Shown here in pieces: positions 56,321-64,000 of a stretch of DNA of 64,000 nt. Both the position numbers and the translations under genes were made by a program. The stretch is taken from NCBI GenBank assembly GCA_040954595.2, contig CM082577.2, positions 6,002,301-6,066,300 of the forward strand. Reading direction: 5' to 3'. The notes under the pieces were generated by a model. The model did no database searches, was not told the DNA's origin, and was given only the letters and a program-made list of their open reading frames with translations. Numbering within the stretch: position 1 is the first letter of the stretch; every line of letters starts with the position of its first letter. This DNA comes from Balanoglossus misakiensis (taxonomy: Eukaryota; Animalia; Hemichordata).

Positions 56321-59300
56321 ATTCTTCAACCCATCCATAGAAAGCTCAAGGCTTACCACTTAGGGAATATCAAACAGTTTCCAAGACCCTGCAGCTTTGA
56401 AGTACTAAAATGCGTCACATGATAACAGCTATCTTTGGACTTGAATAAAGACAAAAACCATTAGAAGTGTTACTCTTCATTGCACAGAGTGGCACACTTA
56501 GAAGCAGCATTAATTCCATCGCGAAAGAGATTCACAAGATCTTTATCACACCTGGTAATGCTCGGGAGACTGAAATGTCACAAATGCCAACAACAATTTT
56601 GTTTAAAGTTGACAACAGGAATATGCACCTTGAGTATCCATTCATTCCATCACTCATAGAAGTTTTGAGAAGATGAAAATCCATTTTGATGTCGCATATG
56701 TGTGTCAAATTATTTCTCAAATTCAGCAAGACATTACAGTTGAGTGACAATTTTTTTTCTTTTGACCTGATAGAACAAGCACCCTAAATTGTGCTTGTCA
56801 TCAGAAATACGTGTATTGAAACTTTTCTATACTGAATAACATAATCCTCTGTAATATTTTATCATTTCATCAGCATTCGCGGGGATTTAACCTTACAATG
56901 TACATTGTGCATGCTTGCATAGTTGCACAAGTTGGGGGTGAGATGATTATCAGACAAGAGTATCGGTGCTTGAGCTAAGAGCTAAAATCCATGCATATCA
57001 GAGAGTATCAGATAAAAGTCTAAATTTCACTCCTAGTAAAAGTACTTGTGCAGGCATTGACTTGATGTCAATCTGACAATATGCTCTTGCTCTGTATTGT
57101 CAACGCAATCGTACGGATATTTTTAGCTGTGCAATTTAGGAAATTTCCACAGATTGAAGTCGCAACATATTAAATTGTGAAATGAAGGAGGCTTTGATTT
57201 CCATAAAAGCTTGCTAGTCGAAAATGTCTTGGGGTGAACCACCCCAAATAAAATATCAATTCACACGATAAACAACTTAAGTGGATACTGACATTCAAAT
57301 TGCTAGGCAACGAAAATGACTTTGTAATGAAACGGGGAAAATCATCCAACCATGTCAATCACATAGACTGTTTCCACTCGGCCAGAGATGTCACAGACAT
57401 GCAAATGAGAATGGCTTGATTTTTAAAAGTTTCAAACTCATTCATGTACATAATAATAAATCCCCTGAAATTTCAGAATTTATTTGCAAAATAAATACTT
57501 ATCCAGAGCACCTACCAAGGATTAGATATCCAAGTGAGATAAAGTTTCCTTTGAAATGTCAACTAACCACTTGTCCATGTGCTTTATGAAAAAAATGCCT
57601 CCCATAGCTTTTAAGGCATTCATGTGGTGACATGCATGTATGCACCAGAATAATTGATCATGCAAAGTTGAACTTTGCAAGAGGGCTACATTTAATATTC
57701 AAAGATGTCACATTTACCAATCAAAATTTTAAGTATAAAACAACTCACAACCCCTAATGAAAATGAATTATGGGGAATTTTTAATTTGGATTCTAAATAA
57801 TAAACAGGTCAACTCCCTGTTGAGTTCACTGTTTTGACTGTAAACTTACGTGATTCATTTCACCACCACTGTGCACTCGACAATACAAAGTAGATGTTGT
57901 GGTAACGTCGCTAATGACTCTGTTTTTTGTTAGCACTGAAAACATCATCGCTGGCAGCCACAATAAGCAATTTAATTTCCTCTCAAAGGAATTGTATAGT
58001 TTATCAACAGAATGACAGCTCTATTCCCCACCCCCACCCAAATCTGGGAGCAGGCCTCGACTGATATTCGCACTTTAAACATAACTTTTTACTGATGACC
58101 GCAGAAAAATCCATTTCATGAGTACATTGCATACACTGGCACGCTTCGCAGATTGCACAAATTCTTCAATCTCCTAATATGCACAGATAGAATCAGAAAT
58201 AATTAATTTTCCAGCTGCTACAAGAACTAATCTCACGATTTATAGATTTATATCCCATGATCTACAGAACAGATTCATTCCATCAAATTTGACAGCCACT
58301 ATAAGAAAATCCACCTTTATCCAGATATATAACTATTTGTCTTATAATTACACCCCTTTCATCACCAGACTTTGTTCAAATCCTATCCTAATGTGAATCT
58401 CCAGTGTCCTCTTTCCAAACTACTTCAAGCCTGTACATGTAGCTTCACTGCCTAAAATTTGAAATGCTAATAAAAATGCAGCTGGACATATAAATCTTAT
58501 CATTTCAGAATCTTTCAAAGTCAGTGAAAAAAAACAAGTTTGTTTCAGTTCTTGGCCATGTCGTCGTGGTAAGTCTCAAACCCAACCCAGTACACTATGA
58601 CCTAAAAACTCAACATGTCGACTAAATGAGTGACAGCCAACATCACTCACAGTATCACAGTGTGAGGCTACTTCGTTCTGCGTGGGTGTGAATACACTTT
58701 TACAAGGAAATGTTGAATAATAAAATTATATATGTATAGTCCCAATTGGGCCTTGCATGTTTCGACGTTACCTTTTGATACTGCTTTTATTTGGTTTGAC
58801 ATGTGGGATTTGCAAATGTACCTCTACGGTTAATTTAGTGTCACTGGTCCTAGCCGTGATTATACAGTAAAATATCAATCATGCAATTCTGTCGCAAAAT
58901 GAATGTTATTGTATAAGGTCTTACATTTATGGGTAGAAGTCAGGAATATCTGAGAAGATCTTCAGAGACCAACAAATCACAAAGAGTTGCAGCTCATAAG
59001 GGATAAAGTCACTCACTTTTGACATTTTGGAAATTTTAGCTTCTTTTGAAAGCTTATTTATGTTGTTTTAAGCTCAATGAAATATGCTCAACGACTGTGT
59101 GTCATAATTCAAATCACATGATGCTGTATATGGGATTCAACACATACTTATGTCATTATTGATCACTGAGTAAGAATGGATGGGTCAGCATAAATACATT
59201 TCTAAGGTTTCCTCTGAACAAAATAATCAGTGTTTCTCATTGTTGACGCTATAAATAAAACTACTGTCAAATATACAGAGATCTGGACCATCGACCAGAG

Positions 59301-59908
59301 AGCAGTGTGATGCTTACGTACTTCTAGACAGTGTGTCCTTGGCTGCACATAAATTGACCAAACAATCAGAGACACTATGAATAGCGAGTATAACTTCACA
59401 AGTGACAATGGTGACACACTTCTGTTCGACGGCCCTGATGAGTTGCATTCGATTTCCTTCACCGCGGAGCATCAATAACACAACTCTATCGCTGTAATTA
59501 AACTTTTTCAATCTTGCACATGTATTCTAATCAATACCAGTGCTGTAACCAGATGTTATCCCCGCCATTTACATTTGACAAAGATCGCAGAAGTCAATCA
59601 CACTCACAGCCAACTTTTCAGAAACACCAACCAATTCAATTTCAAGGCCGAAATAATATATGTGCCTCCTATCACCCATTCTTACTCCCCGACAAGATAG
59701 ATTAACTTTAACACCGGTGTCCAGCTAAAAGCTTTCTTCGTTTTAACCCACTTAACCCTCCTTGTCTAGGCTTTCATAATCATAGCACACTGTCCTTCAC
59801 AATTTGTGACACGCGGTGATTTCTGCTTCCATCCAGTCATGACCGTTGACATTTTGAAATGTCTGACAAACCGGATATTGGCCACCTGCGTGGTTCTCCA
59901 GTTGCATT

Positions 59909-60235
59909 TGAGCTTGGCATGATGTCTATCAATGATGTATCACTTCATTGCTGAGAATACACCTCCGGTGATAGCTGTTTTTAGATCAAAATAATGATCT
60001 GGAAAAAGGTAATCAATTCTGATCTCAAAATGGTTTGAAACAAATTCTATACTGCTAATGCCCCCGCCTGAGAGTTTCTTGTTGCTGTGAGCTTGGCACG
60101 ATGTCACTGATGTATCATTATACTGATGATAATAGACGCCTCTGGTTATTCTGGGTTTTTTTTACCTTTATGATCAGAAAATGTTAATCATTTTGGATCT
60201 CAAAAATGGTTTGAAAAAAAAACATATATATGCTT
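59909..60235. repeat. Degenerate tandem duplication of about 180 bp, intronic
   Basis: TGAGCTTGGCA(T/C)GATGTC...GATCTCAAAA(A)TGGTTTGAAA occurs twice (starts about 59909 and 60088). Confidence 0.7.
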
Positions 60236-61201
60236 CTAAATTTGTGCTTATTAATACTTTAAATGATTCCAGAACACACAGACACCAACTCACTACTATT
60301 TCTTTTGCCGGACGTGTTCACAACTTATTTTCTATTTTACTGATACATCCTGCCCACTAGAATAGTAGGAACATCTGGATTGAACCAAAGCACTGTGAGG
60401 ATTGAAGTCTCCGGTTACTAGTACATTAAAATTTTGAACTCACATTCAGCTCGCTAACTCCATCCTTAAATCACACTGCACTTTGCATGCACTTTCAAAA
60501 AATGTCCTTAATGGCAGGATTAATAAAAATGGATTATCATTCTATTTCAAAGTCTGTCATATACGACTATAATCTGTGGCATATACCCGGTGTACGTACG
60601 TGTGATCTGTGGATGCTGTTATGGCGTCTGTTCTATTATTAAAAATACCTGCAGGTGATATATTGAATATTGCTCGAAAGTAGAGATAGTAGTTTTTATC
60701 CAGCTGCATGGTCAACAAACCTTGTGAAAATTGTAATGAGGAAGATGTCCAAGTAGAGGATGTGGGGACTGAACGGACATGTCAGCCACCTGGGAGGTCC
60801 TTTGCGGATGCTGTCTGTACACAGAATTTCAAACATATCCTCATCACACATGAAGTGTTTCAGTCATACACAAACCAACCAGTACTGTGTTTTGAAAGTG
60901 TAAATGTCATTTCTTCAGTTTAATTTGGAGGCAGATATGTACATGCTGTGCACCTGACCTTTTGTTTCTAATAAAATTACGGGCTACGGACAACAGCTCT
61001 ATTGTTTGCCCACATAGAAATGCTAAAGGAAAGCGTATTATCCTCTGCCCACGGAGACATCATTACAAATGTGGCCCTTTAAGTGATTGTGACATTTCTT
61101 AAAATGTCACAGTAGTACGGAACAGTTTCTGTGAACCTCCCTGTACTAATAACAGCAGAAGTACTTTTCATGCGAATAAAAGAAAAACGTCCCAATCAAG
61201 C

Positions 61202-61215
61202 GTTACCATGGCAAC
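61202..61215. promoter_or_regulatory. Consensus RFX X-box GTTACCATGGCAAC in the RAB26/37 intron
   Basis: Matches GTNRCC-AT-RGYAAC. Related sites occur at 33629-33642 and 38644-38657. Function is inferred. Confidence 0.4.
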
Positions 61216-64000
61216 TTCACTCCAACAACTACAAAATCACACCTTTGCTGATTTTCAATAATCTCGCCGATGCCATTAATGAAGGTCATGGGTCAGTGAT
61301 AAAATACCAAATGAGAGATGCACTATGGGAAGACAGCTGCAATCACACTTGACATTCAAGATTTTCCATGAGCCATCCTGTGGCATAGTTTCACCGAATA
61401 TCAAAACTAAAAATAAAATGACGAGAAATGACGTCAAATTCAAATTGGACTATTTTGATCAGGAAGTATCAGTAGCATTCTATTGCTTTCTTATATCTGC
61501 TGTTAAGAAACCGATCTCTGTTTTGCAGAAGTTGTCGCAATCAGTCCAAGTCACATGATTCTAATTGCCTACCATGTAAAGTCATTATTGCCTTTTAAAA
61601 TTACTGGAAATTTAATTCCTCTCGCAAACTCAATTAACGGTGTATGCTGGAGTCAATCAGAACACAGCCTTTTGCAGAAAACTTGCAAAAAAGGCAAAAA
61701 AGTGTCAACTCAGTGTTCAATGTACACAGCCACACCGGGATGTCTTTTTGTGCAACACCAGCATTAGAGCAGAAATTAGTTTTGATAATCCAGAGGTAAC
61801 GAAGCATACCTTTCAGCTAAGTAATTGGAGAAACGATTTTAATGGTATCCTAGCAAGCATCGCAAGTTCGGTCATTTTGCAACACTACCTGGGGATGAGA
61901 GAGAGAGTTTGTGTGGGTGTACATGTACTTACATTTGAATTAAACATACCTAATTTGTACATTTTACTAAAAGCCGTAGAACTCAAGGTGGAATTGCACA
62001 TTCACCTGTCTTGAGAGTCCGAATCGCCGGAAGTAAAGAATGGAAACTGTCTTGGATTCAGAAAGCATAACATTTAGCATGACGCAAAAGCCAGGAAGTA
62101 GGTTAATCTCTGCAAAAATCGGGTGACGTGCGTACATCTCCATTCAATAATCGGAGGCACGTATACAACCAGAAATAAAACAGAAGCTGCTGACACATCG
62201 CACTATTGATGCTGTACCTACATTTCTGGTGCGATGACTGTTGTAACTTTTACAGAGACTTTGGTAAAGTCTCTTGAGAAACCAAAGAAATTCATGCATT
62301 TAGAGGTCATATTTACTACAGCTGTAAATTTGTAAAACATCGTATAAACAGAGAAGATCAGGCCAAGCGGGACCACATCAAGTAAACAGGATTTATTCCT
62401 CATGCGATATCGCTAAAAAGGATCAACAAAAGCATCTAAAAAGATAATCTTTTTCCTCTCAGAAGAGATCTCGCCCATTGTTCGCAAAAATCTCTGGAAA
62501 TACCACAAATAATCTGAACAATCACAGCGTGACTGTTAACTGATAGTCGACATATCCTCAAATGAACGAAAGCATCACAACGCCATAAAGGGACTACGGC
62601 CGCGACCACGCAATTTGTAATTTAATGTTTGCAACCGCAGAAGAGATTAGACGCGAGCAGACAAAAGAGATGACGTCCACCAGCATTTGTGGCTCAACCA
62701 CTCCGAGTACACACGTACACGTAAAAGATTACCGAGATAAGACCACGGCTAACAACATCAGTATTCTCCATCCCACCACTCAGAAGATCTGTATGCATTA
62801 TTCCATTTTATCGAATTAGCCGCATCCGTCGGGTTAAAACTTTTGTCGACCTGAGTTATGACGAAGGCATTACAGTCAGAATAAAAGGATACGTCAAGAG
62901 ATCCTGCCTTTGCCGTAATCTTCCCATCAAGAAGCGCCATTAGAAATCCATCAGTTTTGTGCATATTTGTTCAAAACAAACTTGCGATGGTTAAAATTGC
63001 TTACACCATGTGTTTGACAAATTTATCCATGCGATGCTTAACACTGGCTAGTTGCCATTTTCTGGCACAACATTCACAAAATGCCCATGGTTGGTCTGAT
63101 GTACAGTCCTATATTTCCTACATATATTGTGACATGCCATCACGTAAATCATGTGACCAGGTATACAGGCCTCAGAGCCAATTATCAACTTTACACTCCG
63201 AAGTGACACGGATCCAGGGAAGTTCTCCCAGCAGCCATCATTCAGAACGACTCATCAGCCTCGGGGTTGCGAAACTTATTTGTAGCAATCGATGCCTGTG
63301 GTGCAACAACACAAGCCAATATTCTATGCACAAACATCTACACCCTGTTTTACAACACCATCACTCTTGCCGTGGCAACACTAATCAGATGTTACATCAG
63401 GTTACTTCATGGTTCAAAAGCTGGACTCTCTCATATTGATCATCATACTACAGGGAGTCTAATATAATGCCGATAACAATGACTTTTAAAAACTATGCCG
63501 CAACCTTCCGGGTTATCATCATTCATCTCTCAAAAATCCCCCATGGTGACAGACTAAACTTCTCCTGCATTTATGCACAATTTCATTTCACAAACTTCTT
63601 TAGAATTCACTGCTTGGCTTATGTAATGAAATACATTCAGAAAGCCCACCCCACCCCAGCTTCTGATTCTGGTACAATCCTATCACTTTCTATGGCACTG
63701 TTAGACTCGCACACAGGTAAATGCGGGGTTAAAGGGTCAATGGTGAATTAATTGGTTTGATACCCCAGGCTATGTCTAGTTGTAATGGCCGGTACAAATC
63801 CATTATATCGTGATTCCCCCGTTAAACGTGAATTATGCTAATCAGGCTGGTTCAGTCACAACAGCAGAGTGTTGGCAGGCAGCACGGCTGTTACTTGTAC
63901 CTGTACACGTGACATATAAATCAGATCTCTCGCCTGATCAAATTGGAAGTGATGAATCCATAGCCTACATTGCATGATTTATTCCAAATTGATCAATCTT

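Noticed and set aside
59427-59460. CTGATGAG hammerhead ribozyme core (also CTGATGA near 58092)
   Set aside because: There is no correctly placed GAAA with a pairing stem II and no flanking stems I and III.

Overview
This is eukaryotic (animal) genomic DNA: AT-rich and intron-rich, with no prokaryotic features. Gene content, intron positions and linkage suggest an invertebrate deuterostome such as a hemichordate or amphioxus-like animal; the species cannot be determined from the sequence. Reading splice sites by hand gives eight protein-coding genes: KNOP1-like (-), IQCK (+), TMEM104 (-), NAT9 (+), ADAP1/2-like ArfGAP (-), CCZ1 (-), a MIF4GD/SLIP1-like gene (+), and the 3' five exons of a RAB26/RAB37 gene (-) whose 5' exons lie beyond the window. 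Every model's exon lengths sum to a multiple of three. Three observations stand out. (1) The ADAP gene has two tandem 134-nt copies of the exon completing the ArfGAP zinc finger; they must be mutually exclusive, and one keeps the catalytic arginine finger (CxxCxxxHR) while the other has lysine (CxxCxxxHK), suggesting a splice switch between active and GAP-dead protein. (2) The MIF4GD-like protein has an N-terminal exon resembling the UPF0561/C2orf68 N-terminus, ending in an EJC-binding-motif-like peptide. (3) The same transcript appears to carry a separate 44-aa single-pass membrane microprotein ORF in its leader, making it a candidate bicistronic mRNA. Also present are in-frame microexon candidates in TMEM104, a GC-AG intron in NAT9, a sharply bounded near-100% GC3 tract, a tandemly duplicated Helentron-like element, two TTAA-flanked MITEs and head-to-head gene pairs shared with human. 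All homology calls come from recalled sequences, not database searches.
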